Shown: piece by piece, positions 42,140-57,352 of the stretch
How the letters are laid out: every line of letters starts with the position of its first letter
Position numbering within the stretch: the stretch's first letter is position 1
Assembly: GCA_964016885.1 (NCBI GenBank)
Contig: OZ024742.1
Span: forward strand, 26,784,001 to 26,848,000
Reading direction: 5' to 3'
Length of the DNA: 64,000 nt
DNA from: Eledone cirrhosa
Lineage: Eukaryota
The notes under the pieces: model-generated
What the model was told of the DNA's origin: nothing
The model's input: only the letters and a program-made list of their open reading frames with translations
The model's database searches: none
Position numbers and translations under genes: made by a program

Positions 42140-42550
42140 AATATAAGTATGTACACGTACATACATATATGTATACAGACGTACAGTAGTATGTATATAT
42201 ATATATATACATACATGCACACATATATATATGTACTTATGGATTCACCGAACATTTATTATAATGCTCGGTGTGTTTGTAAACAAACATCCCGTATTAA
42301 GCCATAGTGTCCAGCAAGCATCGTTGCTCGTTTGTTCAACACTGACAAAGGAACGCTGTACTAGTTTCAAGCTTATTAGCTATCGTCAGCTTAATACGGG
42401 ATGTTTGTTTACAAACACACCGAGCATTATAATAAATGTTCGGTGAAACCATACGTACAAATATATATGTGTGCATGTATGTATATATATATACATATTA
42501 CTTTACGTCTGTATACAAATATGTATGTACGTGTACATACTTATATTTAA
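42140..42550. mobile_element. Fold-back island (arms ~42140-42302 / ~42389-42548) with HHR core at 42354-42390 (-)
   Basis: Minus strand: CTGACGA t agct aata agct t GAAA ctag TA cagcg. The 5' strand of stem I appears replaced at the inversion junction. Confidence 0.7.
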
Positions 42551-42599
42551 GTAACAGCCGTATTAAGAGTGGGAAATGAAATTTCGTTTCATTTTTTCC

Positions 42600-42670
<71 letters not shown>

Positions 42671-42722
42671 TATTATAAAAGAACAGGAGGCTGGACTGGT
42701 GTAAATCCTTGAAAGTTTTATT

Positions 42723-42780
42723 ATACTATGATCATTTCAATGACCGGGTTCAGTATGAATCCGGTGACATCATCAGGTAT
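42723..42780 (-). ncRNA. Type I hammerhead ribozyme at the PLE terminus
   Basis: atac CTGATGA tgtc accggattca tac tgaacccggt catt GAAA tgatca TA gtat, with an ATGATCAT palindrome. Confidence 0.85.
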
Positions 42781-43109
42781 TCAAAATATAACAAAGGAAT
42801 ATAACAGATAAAATCCATGGGGCTGGTATTATCAAACTACACCTTGATCTATATTGCATTTCCCCTGTGTTTTGATTTCTTCGATATGTTTTTATATACT
42901 TCCGTTTTACTCCATGCATCACCACCCTAGTTATGACTGCATTTTATTTATGTATTTTGCTTATTATTCCTTTTATTTATGTATTTATTTACTCGTTTCA
43001 CTCCCATTATATATTATCATTGTGCTCATTTGCACACCACCCTAGAATATTACTCTCTGGAACATTATATCTGTTTATCTTTATTCAACCAACCCTCACA
43101 ATGATCCCT

Positions 43110-43515
43110 ACAGTAAAAAAAATGCGGAAGGCCCAACTGTGGCATATGCATAAATCTAATAGAAGGTTCAGCATTCCATTTTAAACAAGGACAACATTTT
43201 ACAGTTAAACACAACTTTACACGTGCATCTGAAAACCTAATCTGTGTTTTGACCTGATCAGGTTGTCAACAGCACTACATAGGACAGACAAAAAACAGCC
43301 TCCGACAACGTATGACCGTCCATAGATCACAAATAAAAATAAAGTTATAGAGAAAGATTGCTTTTAGTGAACATATCGCCAATTGTACACCTAATCAACA
43401 TCCAAACTTTAAAATGTTCCACATTTACAAATTCATAGACAACGCTTCTTTCATCCATCGTACCATTAACAAATTCCAACCTCTACTTAATGAACTAAAC
43501 TTCGGACTAAACTAA
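43110..43515 (+). pseudogene. Penelope-like element GIY-YIG endonuclease with Cys-rich linker (Naiad/Neptune type), degenerate
   Basis: Manual translation from 43123: CGRPNCGICINLIEGSAFHFKQGQHFTVKHNFTRASENLICVLT*SGCQQHYIGQTKNSLRQRMTVHRSQIK...INKFQPLLN. Not in the ORF track. Confidence 0.9.
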
Positions 43516-43754
43516 AACTGGAACGAACAATGAACCAAAACGAAATTCCTATGTTCTCTAAAGAGTTACATCTCTCACACCCTACCTAATGCTTGTTCTT
43601 ATATAAATGAATTACTCCCTCTCATTTCTCTCTCTCTCCTTCATGACCACCCTGAATTACCTCCCCTGAATATTAACTCTCTAAAAAGGGGAATCATATC
43701 AAACCCCAGACTACCATTTGCCTCCATCATGGATCAACTAAGCACTCTTGCTAT

Positions 43755-43940
43755 AATTGTTTCTACATTTGGCACAAGGCCAGCATTACCCAGTGTATTA
43801 CTGGTACTTTATTTTATCGACCCCATAAGGATGAAAGTCAAAGTTAACCTCGGCGGGATTTGAACTCAGAATGTCCTGGGCCGCAACTCTATGCGTCAAA
43901 GCATAGCGTCCGACCCTCTACCGATACTGCCAAGCCATAA
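43755..43940 (-). mobile_element. tRNA-SINE adjoining or interrupting the PLE 3' region
   Basis: ggtactttattttatcgacccc..ggatgaaagtcaaagttaacctcggcgggatttgaactcag. Confidence 0.8.
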
Positions 43941-44575
43941 TAACACATTTTGAACTGCTTATCTTCAAGAACTATGCTTGTAAGTAATATTATTTTTTCT
44001 TTCCAATTACCTTATCATGTTCCACATTACCCCATTTTTTTCCTTTTTCTTTTCATTTCAAAAACCTTGTTTGTAAATAACCTTATTCTTTCTTCACCAT
44101 TTCCTTAAAATGTTCAACATCACCAACATTTTACACCAATACAAATCCCCCCCTTTGATAATGCATAAAATGCTGAAACCTGTAATAGAAATTATTAAAT
44201 ATATAAATAAATAAATAAATAAATGGCAGTGTTAATAAATGAATAAATTAACTAATACTTTAACATTTCACACAAAGTAAAATAATTTGTTTTAAACATT
44301 TTCTAACCCAGAAAAAAGAGAAAAAAATAAAATGGAAAAAAAAAAATGTTTCTTCCTAATAATCGTCTTTATATATTTATTTATTTATTTAGGTTTGTTG
44401 GTTCACCACTGGGTAGAACTGGTCTTTTCGTATGTTCAACCTCGATGTAATATTATGGAGAGCACTCGACGTAATGCAACTCACCCTTCTTTGTTTGTGT
44501 TGTTGGTGGTGCGAGTACGGAGTTAATTATTATAAAATAACAGGAGGCTGGACTGGTGTAGTTCCTTAAAAGGTT

Positions 44576-44659
<84 letters not shown>

Positions 44660-44776
44660 AAGGTTGCTTGGATGCGTCCATAGGCGGTATGCCAGTTGAG
44701 CATTCTATGATGGCAGATGATACAAATTCTAAGGGTGGGAGTCCAACAGATTGAGGATTTGCTTCGAAATCACTAG

Positions 44777-44871
44777 ACGTATCTGAGGAATTTGCGAGTC
44801 CAGAGTCAGGTTTGATCCACAAACAGATCGAACTTCGAGAGCTGTTCGCCGGAGAAACAATTGTAATATGT
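44777..44871 (+). ncRNA. Type I hammerhead ribozyme in the TA-embedded island 44655-44912
   Basis: acgtat CTGAGGA atttgcga..ggtttgatc/gatcgaact..tcgccgga GAAA caattg TA atatgt, followed immediately by AATAAA. Confidence 0.8.
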
Positions 44872-44910
44872 AATAAATTGTGTTCAGATGCATCACTGAT
44901 TTTTCGTTTT

Positions 44911-44940
<30 letters not shown>

Positions 44941-44941
<1 letters not shown>

Positions 44942-46636
44942 CTAGAAAGTACGTCCATAGAATCATTTGATAAAATATATACAGTATTTCGTCTCCCAAT
45001 CAGCATAATCAACCACACAAAAATTCAATTAAACAAGGTTATGATATTAAAAGGCACCTATGAAGAAACAATAGATAAATAAACGACAGCTATCTATCCG
45101 CGATCAACAGCCACAGAATATTTACCCAGTAATTCTAATAGCCCGTGGAAATCGATTAGATATATCGCCAACCATACACAATTAGGTACAAAATCAAAGT
45201 TAGAAGAAAAAATGTATATAAACATACCGAAATTATATTTCTACCCCAAGAGGTTTCATTCGCTTTTTGGAAATATCCGATCAAGGATAAATTCACGAGT
45301 TTCGAAATCATCAGGAAACAAACTCAATTGGACAAAGATTTTCTTAAATGATCCCCGCCAGAAACGAATTCAAAATGGCTAAGAACTGTGACGTGGCCAG
45401 TGGTCAAGTCAGAAAGTTTGTAATTGGTGCCTTACGGCGAGTGGGCTGGTTGCTAGAAAGCGCAGGCGAATACTGCCTAAATTGTTTCTCAACCATATGG
45501 GAGATTCTCAAATATATAGATTTACATATACATAAACTAGACAGAGCCATAGATATATACATGTGTTTTTGGCATCCATTCACGGTGTGGCTCAATCACG
45601 AATGCTTATATACATTTTTCTTCTAACTTTGATTTTGTATCTAATTGTGTATGGTTGGCGATATATCTAATAGAATTCTACAGGCAAGTAGAAATACTGG
45701 GTAAATATTCTGTGGCTGTTGATCGCGAATAGATAGCTATCGTTTATTTATCTATTGTTTCTTCATAGGTGCCTTTTAATCTTATAGCCTTGTTTAATTG
45801 ACTTTTTGTGTGGTTGATTATGCTGATTGGGAGAGGAAATACTGTATATATTTTATCAAATGATTCTATGGACGTACTTTCTTGTATATTTCTCTGATTG
45901 TTGATTATTTAATTAATTAATTCGTCATTGCGCCACACCGTGAATGGATGCCAGACACACACATATATATCTATGGCTCTGTCTAGTTTATATATATGTA
46001 AATCTATATATTTATATATATATACAATAAAGTATGTCCATAGAATCATTTGATAAAATATATATACCATTTCCTCTCCCAATCAGCATAATCAACCACA
46101 CAAAAAAACAATTAAACAAGGCTATAAGATTAAAAGGCACCTATGAAGAAACAATAGATAAATAAACGACAGCTATCTATCCGTCATCAACAGCTATAGA
46201 ATATTTACCCAGCATTTCTAATATCACGTGGAAATCGATTAAATATATGGCCAACCATACACAATTAGGTATAAAATAAAATTTAAAAGAAAAAAATGTA
46301 TATAAGCATATCAAAATTATGTTTCTACCCCATGGGGTTTCATTCGCTTTTTGGAAATATCCGATCAAGGATAAATTCACGAGTTTCGAAATCATCAGGA
46401 AACAAACTCACTTGGACGAAGATTTTTCTTAAATGATCCTCGCCAGAAACGAATTCAAAATGGCTAAGAACTGTGAGGTGGCAGTGGTCAAGTCAGAAAG
46501 AATGTGATTGGTGCCTTACGGCGAGTGGACTGGTTGCTAGAAAACGCAGCCTAATACTGCATAAATTGCATCTCAACCCTATGGGAGATTATCAAATATA
46601 AAGATTTACATATAAATAAACTAGACAAAGTCATAG

Positions 46637-46640
<4 letters not shown>
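44941..46640. mobile_element. Family D: ~700-nt monomer forward (44941-45603), inverted (45604-46015), forward again (46021-46640)
   Basis: The inverted part reads across the end-to-start junction of the forward copy. One HHR per monomer, no ORF. Confidence 0.9.
46320..46404 (-). ncRNA. Type I hammerhead ribozyme; sister copy at 45236-45320 (-)
   Basis: tgtttc CTGATGA tttcg..cgaat GAAA ccccatgggg TA gaaaca. 6-bp stem I and 12-nt palindrome ACCCCATGGGGT. Confidence 0.85.
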
Positions 46641-46702
<62 letters not shown>

Positions 46703-46752
46703 TATATATATATATACATATATATATACATAATTATATATTTATATATCTA

Positions 46753-46797
<45 letters not shown>

Positions 46798-47144
46798 AGG
46801 GTGGGTCGGGTGGTGGGGGTGTTTAAGTTTTAATTGTTTTGCGCACATTATACTGTAAGAAGGACCTGATGTTTATGCTGGGATATTGGGGTCGGATATC
46901 TTTGACGAAGTTCGAGTTTTTGTAACTCCAAAATATTAAGACTATAGAATTAGAAATTAAGAATTTCGGTAAGAGTGAGCGAGAGATGTAGAACGGAGGG
47001 GGGGGGGTAGTTGGATACATGGATAACTAGTGAGAACAAGAGAAAATAGATAGTGAAAAAAGACTGTCTTAGTATGTATTCGTTTGTCTAAATGTACATA
47101 CATATTCGTACATACTCATATACAAGGATACATATACTGGCACA

Positions 47145-47212
<68 letters not shown>

Positions 47213-47289
47213 GAGGGAGAGAGAGAGAATGTGATAAAAAAATCTTTCGATGTATATCTAAACCATACGTATTAGTTAGTTAGATAGAT

Positions 47290-47330
<41 letters not shown>

Positions 47331-47334
<4 letters not shown>

Positions 47335-47453
47335 CCGTCGAAAAGGCTTGAGCTCTGCCGTCGGGGTTAAACTTTTTCCTATTACCAACTCTACTGCCCT
47401 AAGTATTGAGTACTCTGGTGCGTTATGGTCCATCTGGTTCCTTACCACACCTA
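47331..47453 (+). mobile_element. Family A single-arm copy
   Basis: agccgtcgaaaaggcttgagctctgccgtcgggg...ttccttaccaca, between (TA)n tracts. Confidence 0.85.
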
Positions 47454-47454
47454 C

Positions 47455-47480
<26 letters not shown>

Positions 47481-47487
<7 letters not shown>

Positions 47488-48045
47488 ATACTTTGGGAGG
47501 GTCATGTTGCCAATAAGAAACACACGCACCAGTTACTTTCACTTCAATTTATTATATATTTATAAATTTACAAATTTATAAATCTATACATTTCTCGTTG
47601 GTTGGTTGGTTCCACAACCAGATAGTTGTTTATATATAGTCATAGTTCTTTCGTCACACACTCTGTGACCTCTTCAGTGACTGGGGATTCCTTTCTTTGT
47701 TTCTGTGCCTCTCCTTTGTTCTGTCCTACGCCATTTTGTCGTAGGACAGAACAAAGGAGAGGCACAGAAACAAAGAAAGGAATCCCCAGTCACTGAAGAG
47801 GTCACAGAGTGTGTGACGAAAGAACTATGACTATATATAAACAACTATCTGGTTGTGGAACCAACCAACCAGAAATTTATAGATTTATAAATTTGTAAAT
47901 TTATAAATATATAATAAATTGAAGTGAAAGAAACTGGTGCGTGTGTTTCTTATTGGCAACATGACCCTCCCAAAGTATAACAATATCGGTTTCAACACAC
48001 GATTTCAGATAAAGAATCTTGCTAAACAAATTCAGAAACGAAATA
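47481..48045. mobile_element. Family G fold-back element (arms ~47483-47730 / ~47740-47983)
   Basis: Near-perfect ~245-bp palindrome with a 9-nt spacer and (TA)n flanks. Confidence 0.9.
47788..47832 (+). ncRNA. Minimal hammerhead ribozyme; inverted copy at 47638-47682 (-)
   Basis: agtca CTGAAGA g gtcaca gagtg tgtgac GAAA gaac TA tgact. Confidence 0.85.
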
Positions 48046-48060
48046 TATATATATATATAT

Positions 48061-48304
48061 AGTGGTAGAACACTGGAAGGTAATATCCGTAGTAGTAGAG
48101 CACTCAGTCCATGGGACGAGTTAGGTAGAAGTGGTTACACAACAGTTAGTTCACCATACCGAGAACAATTGTTTCACCCTAGCGGATCCTCAGTTCGTAA
48201 TGGACATGGTTTCCGTATAACCATCTCCATTACGAGCTGAGGATCCGCTAGGGTGAAACAATTGTTCTCGGTATGGTGAACTAACTGTTGTGTAACCACT
48301 TCTA
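48061..48304. mobile_element. Family H fold-back element (arms 48126-48204 / 48226-48304)
   Basis: 79-bp inverted arms with TA flanks. Confidence 0.85.
48233..48270 (+). ncRNA. Minimal hammerhead ribozyme; inverted copy at 48160-48197 (-)
   Basis: cgag CTGAGGA tcc gcta gggt GAAA caattg TT ctcg. Confidence 0.8.
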
Positions 48305-48308
48305 TATG

Positions 48309-48344
<36 letters not shown>

Positions 48345-48469
48345 TAGACATAGATTGATTGAGAGAAATCGAACGTACAACAGAATGTTTGTATGTATGT
48401 GAATGATTAAATGTGTGCGTGGATGGTGTGAGAGAAATAGAGAGAGGTATATTGGAGTAGATGAAATAT

Positions 48470-49140
48470 AGTTGTATATGCGTCGACGTGTGGGTGTGTG
48501 TTGTGTGAGGGTATGTATATGTATGTTTGTGTATAAGTGTCGATGTGTGGGTGTGCATGGTGTGTGTTGTGTGAGGGTATGTATATGTATGTTTGTGTAT
48601 AAGTGTCGATGTGTGGGTGTGTGTGTTTGTGTGAGAGTATGTATATGTATGTTTGTGTATATCCGTGGATGTGTTTGTGTGTATGTGTGTGTTTGTGTGA
48701 GGGTATGTATATGTATGTTTCTGTATAATCGTCGGTTTGTGGTGTGTATGTGTGTGTTTGTGTGAGGGTATGTATATGTCTGTTTCTGTATAATCGTCGG
48801 TTTGTGGTGTGTATGTGTGTGTTTGTGTGAGGGTATGTATATGTATGTTTCTGTATAATCGTCGGTTTGTGGTGTGTATGTGTGTGTTTGTGTGAGGGTA
48901 TGTATATGTATGTTTCTGTATAATCGTCGGTTTGTGGTGTGTATGTGTGTGTTTGTGTGAGGGTATGTATATGTATGTTTCTGTATAATCGTCGGTTTGT
49001 GGTGTGTATGTGTGTGTTTGTGTGAGGGTATGTATATGTATGTTTCTGTATAATCGTCGGTTTGTGGTGTGTATGTGTGTGTTTGTGTGAGGGTATGTAT
49101 ATGTATGTTTGTGTATAAGTGCAGATGTGTTGGTGTGTAT
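48470..49140. repeat. 65-bp GT-rich minisatellite
   Basis: GAGGGTATG at 48764, 48829, 48894 and onward, spaced 65 bp. Confidence 0.9.
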
Positions 49141-49332
49141 GTGTGTGTATGTGCGTATGAGTTTGTGACGGTGTGTGTGTGGGTGTCTATGCGTGTGTGT
49201 GAGTATGGGTGTGTGTGAAAGAAAATGAGAAAGTGGCGAAAGAAATGTCTACATTTCAGCCACCGGTATTGAGCACTTTTTTAGCTAATGTGTATGAGTG
49301 TGTGTGTGTCTGTGTCTCTGTGTGTGAGAGAC

Positions 49333-49413
<81 letters not shown>

Positions 49414-49499
49414 AGACAGTGATGGGATACTAGTTGTTTGTGGTGGTGATGGTGATAATTGTTTGTGTTTGTGTGTGGGTGGGGTTACTATATTAGTAG

Positions 49500-50615
49500 T
49501 TGCTTGTGATGATGGTGGTGGTTGATGTGGTAGTGATGGTGGTGTTAATGGCGGTGATGATGGAGGTGTTGTTTGTGATGATGGTGGTGTTGATGGTGGT
49601 GCTGATGGTGGTGTTGATGATGTTGGGTGATGATGGTGGTGGTGATGGTAGTGGTTGTGGTGTGATGAGGGTGGTGTTGGTGGTAGTGTTGGTGGTAGTG
49701 GTTGTGGTGATGAGGGTAGTATTGATGGTAGTGTTGGTGGTAGTGGTTGTGGTGTGATGAGGGTGGTGTTGGTGGTAGTGTAGGTGGTAGTGGTTATGGT
49801 GTGATGAGGGTGATGTTGGTGGTAGTGTTGGTGGTAGTGGTTGTGGTGTGATGAAGGTGGTGTTGGTGGTAGTGTTGATGGTAGTGGTTGTGGTGTGATG
49901 AGGGTGGTGTTGGTGGTAGTGTTGGTGGTAGTGGTTGTGGTGTGATGAGGGTGGAGTTGGTGGTAGTGGTGATGGTAGAGGTTGTGTTGTGATGAGGGTG
50001 GTGTTGATGGTAGTGGTGATGGTAGTGGTTGTGGTGTGATGAGGGTGGTGTTGGTGGTAGTGTTGGTGGTAGTGGTTGTGGTGTGATGAGGGTGGAGTTG
50101 GTGGTAGTGGTGATGGTAGTGGTTGTGGTGTGATGAGGGTGGTGTTGGTGGTAGTGTTGGTGGTAGTGGTTGTGGTGTGATGAGGGTGGAGTTGGTGGTA
50201 GTGGTGATGGTAGAGGTTGTGGTGTGATGATGGTGGTGTTGGTGGTAGTGTTGATGGTAGTGGTTGTGGTGTGATGATGGTGGTGTTGGTGGTAGTGTTG
50301 GTGGTAGTGGTTGTGGTGTGATGAGGGTGGTGTTGGTGGTAGTGTTGGTGGTAGTGGTTGTGGTGATGAGGGTGGTGTTGGTGGTAGTGTTGGTGGTAGT
50401 GGTTGTGGTGTGATGATGGTGGTGTTGGTGGTAGTGTTGATGGTAGTGGTTGTGGTGTGATGATGGTGGTGTTGGTGGTAGTGTTGGTGGTAGTGGTTGT
50501 GGTGTGATGATGGTGGTGTTGGTGGTAGTGTTGGTGGTAGTGGTTGTGGTAGTGTTGATGGTGGTGTTGGTGGTAGTGTTGGTGGTAGTGTTGGTGGTAG
50601 TGGTGGTGGTAGTGG
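49500..50615. repeat. 47-bp GGT-rich minisatellite
   Basis: Unit GGGTGGTGTTGGTGGTAGTGTTGGTGGTAGTGGTTGTGGTGTGATGA. Confidence 0.9.
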
Positions 50616-50675
50616 CTGTGTGTGTTAATGCCGGGTATAATGCTGGGGTTAGCGGAAATAGATAGATAGATATAG

Positions 50676-50715
<40 letters not shown>

Positions 50716-50916
50716 TAATAGAATGTGTGAAAGTGGATGACAGAGGAAGAGAGAGAAGAAAATAGTGAAATGGAAAATGAGAGAGAGAGAGAGAGAGAGA
50801 TAGATAGATAGATAGATAGAGAGAGAGAGGGGGGGGGGGGGGAATAGAATGCATCAAAGAGGATGACAAAGGAGGAGAGAGAAGAGAATAGTGAAATGGA
50901 AAGTGAGAAAGAGAGA

Positions 50917-50951
<35 letters not shown>

Positions 50952-51097
50952 GTGTGTGTGTGTGTGTGCATGTGTGTGTATGCATGTGTGGTAGATAAAG
51001 AGAGAATATGTGATTGTAAAAAGCGAAAGTAAACAATGATGTAAACAGCGTTGGTATGGTAATTATATATACATACAGACTCACACACGCACACACG

Positions 51098-51478
<381 letters not shown>

Positions 51479-51573
51479 TATATATACACCATAACCAAAA
51501 CTGTACCAAACATGCATTCAACTCTACCGTCATATCTCGTCATCCCGCGCCCCGAAGCGCGAACACTTTACAT

Positions 51574-51722
<149 letters not shown>

Positions 51723-51732
51723 TTTATATATA

Positions 51733-51798
<66 letters not shown>

Positions 51799-51860
51799 TT
51801 ATATATATATATTTACATATATATATAATATAAATAAATATCTATATCTATAAATATATA

Positions 51861-51930
<70 letters not shown>

Positions 51931-52063
51931 ATATATAATATAAATAAATAAATGTGTGTGTATGTGTGTGCGTGTGTGCGTGCGTGTGTGTGTACGTGCA
52001 TACAAATATATATGTGTATATCGGTGAGGGAGAGAGAGATAAGGTTAGAGAGAGAGAGAGATA

Positions 52064-52148
<85 letters not shown>

Positions 52149-52467
52149 ATCTAAGAACGAAAATGACAGAGTGAGAATGATGGAAATAGTAAATAAATTG
52201 AAAACAGAGAATGAGAGAGAGTGAAGAAAAGAGTTTGGATGAAAAAAGACGAGTTAATTTGAGTTTAATTTAGTATAGATATCGTTGTTGTTGTTGTTAC
52301 TGTTCTTACTGTGCTTGTTTCTGTTGTTGTTGCTATTGTTATTTTCCGCTGTTGTAGTTTTTCATTTAAGGAGTGACAACGATATAAGCTGCTTCGAACT
52401 TTGTGTGAAGAGTAAAAAAAAAGTGCTATAATTAAAAGGAGAGATTAAAGCAAGTGAATTATATATT

Positions 52468-52520
<53 letters not shown>

Positions 52521-52769
52521 TTACACACACACGCACTTATATATATATATATATATAATTACACACACACACACACTTATATATATATATATATATATAT
52601 ACATATACACACACCACACACATATATATATATATATAGAGAGAGAGAGAGCGTTTAAATGGATTAAGTGGTGATATTGCCAACGGCTATAAAGAGATTT
52701 AGTAATATTAAAAACTCGTTTATAACTAAACTATCCCTTATTTCCAATCTGTTTTGAATGGTGTTTTAA

Positions 52770-52910
52770 ATGAGCGGCGCCCCGACTGGCCAGCCAATTT
52801 CCATTTAGCCAAAGCAAGCCAGCCACTCACTTCAGTCTTTCTCGTTCATTCAGTCGACCAGCCAGCCTGTTAAACACTCAGTCAGTCAGTCAACAAAAGC
52901 GCTCTCCATA
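52770..52910 (+). promoter_or_regulatory. Possible Pol II core promoter
   Basis: GC-richer island with CCAAT and several TCAGTC Inr-like motifs. Motif-level evidence only. Confidence 0.25.
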
Positions 52911-53038
52911 TGCCTGTCTAGTTATACCTATCTATATATCTATCTACTTCTCTTTACTTTACCCCCCCCCCTCTCTATATATATATATATTTATATTTAT
53001 ACACATATATATATATATATCTTTCCTTCTGTCTCTGT

Positions 53039-53076
<38 letters not shown>

Positions 53077-53094
53077 AATATATATATATAAATA

Positions 53095-53154
<60 letters not shown>

Positions 53155-54779
53155 CATATCTTTCTTTCTTTCTCTCTTTATATATATATATTTATATATA
53201 TAATTATATATATATATATCTGTTATAGGAAGTTAACTTCTGATCTATCTATACTTCTATCCATCTATCTATCTGTTTATCTATATATCTAAGTTAGCTC
53301 TTGTGCCTACTACTTTCCCTCTTACTTTTACCTTAACCAAACGCGTGTTGCGCTCTCCCCCGTTAGACTTCTCACAGCATTTGTATATAATTATTTCCTC
53401 CCCCAGTCTATAAAACTGACCTATCCATGGCAGTGCACAGTGGACGATCTGTGCAGTTTATGGAATTGTATTTACTATACCCGTTACTCTTTTCTACATG
53501 AGACAACAACAAATACAACAACATCTTCTCACTGATCACTTCCCGTTCATACACTAATCAGTGAACTAATGATAATAATAAAACCAGTTACAGAAAAAAA
53601 CCAACACAACTATAACAACAACAACAACATCAACAACAAACAGTTGGAATTTACAGGACAGCTTCCAGGTGAACACTACTGCGATATTTTAGCTGTTTTC
53701 TCTACATAAACCAACATTTGCGGTTTTTTTGACACCCATCTCTAATTCGACCTTTATTTGGGATTTGCTTATTGTTATTTTGATTTTTTTTTTACAGTTC
53801 AATTCTTCTTTTTCAACAAACAAAAAAGATAAACAACATAAAATATGTATTTCTCTTATTGGATATTTCTTCCCATCTATGCAGGTAAGTGATAAAGATT
53901 CCTATTTTTTCTGTGTTTTATATATATTGTATTATTTAATGCTTTTTCTTCTCTTCCCTTTAAGTTTTATTTTTCCTAATTCCGTGTGTAAATTACCTGG
54001 ATTTTGCACAGCAATCTACAAAATAACTTTTTACTGTTTATTTTGAGGGGGTTTCGGGTATCAGTCAACACCTCTAAGATCAGTCAGATCGCTACAGTTA
54101 CGGACGACTGAAACATAATAACAAAATAAAAACAACAAAAAAAAAACAAGCACTAACATAAACTACACTGATGCTTATTTTAAATGCTTTTTTTTGTCTA
54201 TTGCTTTATTTCAACATCAGAAAATATCTTCTTTCGTTTTAGGACAAAACTTTTGTATTTCTTTCTAATCCAATACTAACATTTAAAATACAGATCTTGT
54301 TAGGTTCGGACGTAAGCCAACTGGACCAATTGCTGTTAATTGCCTCCTATCCGTCCCTTAGGCGAATAAGGGGTCCTCACTTTACATTAATCTACTATTG
54401 ATTGTCGGGTAGAGCGACAAAACACTGGATTATATATAGAACACACAAATGGGTCCCGAACCTCCTAAACCCGGCCTTACTTCCCGTAGATCACGAGGCA
54501 TAAAACTAGGAAACGACCAACTATAAGTGAAAACAAAAATAAAAAGCAAAGGCTAAAATAAATTGTTTAATTTACATGAAATATATTTTTATCCAATCAC
54601 CAAATCTCTACTTTCACTTTTGGCAATTTCATGATGTTAAAAGGTAAAGTATTATCCCCCAAAAATGAGATACTTTTCAAAATAGTGGAGGAAAAAATTT
54701 AAATAACGATTTTTTAAATTACATTCTCTACACTTTTAAACTAGTTGTCCTGAAGTAATATATTACCTATGTATACTTA

Positions 54780-56500
<1,721 letters not shown>

Positions 56501-56732
56501 TGTCTGTCTGTTATGATTAGTTGTATGTGTGTGTGCTCCAGCGTGTGTCAGTATGTGTGAGAATTAATAGATTCACCTCTCAGTAAGTCAGGCGACAGTC
56601 TATAGTCTATGGAATAGAGGCGAACATTAGTTGTCTTAGTTGAGTTACTGCTTCTATTACATGTCATATACTCCCTACAATATATTGAGTACTCTTTCCT
56701 CTACGTTATACAAATAGACGTCCGTGTGTATG

Positions 56733-56798
<66 letters not shown>

Positions 56799-56799
56799 G

Positions 56800-57352
56800 T
56801 ATTTAGTACTTATGTACATATATGTGTGTTGGGGGTGGGGTACATATGTGTGTGGACCTACTCGAGTATATATATCTATCTTCGGAAATGTTAGCACCTG
56901 TCTGTATGTGTGTGTGTGGTATGTGTGTGTGTGTGTTTGTGTGTGTGTGGGTACATATGTGTCTGAGCCCACTCGTGTATATATATATATATATCTTCGG
57001 ATTGTTAGTACGTGTGTGTGTGTGTAGGTAGATATGTGTGCGTGTGTGTGTGTAGGTGCATGTGTGTGTAGACCCACTCGTGTATATATCTATCTTCGGA
57101 AATGTTAGTACCTGTCTGTGTTTGTGTGTGTGTGTGTTTATGTTTGTGTCTGTGTGTTGGTACATATGTGTGTAGACCCATTCGTGTGTATATCTATATT
57201 CCGAAATTTTAGTACGTGTGTGTGTGTTGGTAAATATGTGTGTAGACCAACTCGTGTGTATATCAATCTTCGGAAATGTGTGTGTGTAGGTACATATGTG
57301 TGTGGGCCCACTCGTGTATATATCCTTCTCCGGAAATGTTAGTACTTATGTA
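56800..57352. repeat. Six-copy tandem repeat with (GT)n-variable spacers
   Basis: TACATATGTGTGTxGACCCACTCGTGTATATATCTATCTTCGGAAATGTTAGTAC recurs. Confidence 0.85.

Noticed and set aside
46895-46945. tct TTGACGA..gagtt/aactc..AAAA possible decayed HHR
   Set aside because: Both core boxes are mutated, too degenerate to call.
56800-57352. Repeat-spacer pattern resembling CRISPR
   Set aside because: Spacers are (GT)n, the repeats are long and degenerate, the context is eukaryotic, and there are no cas genes.
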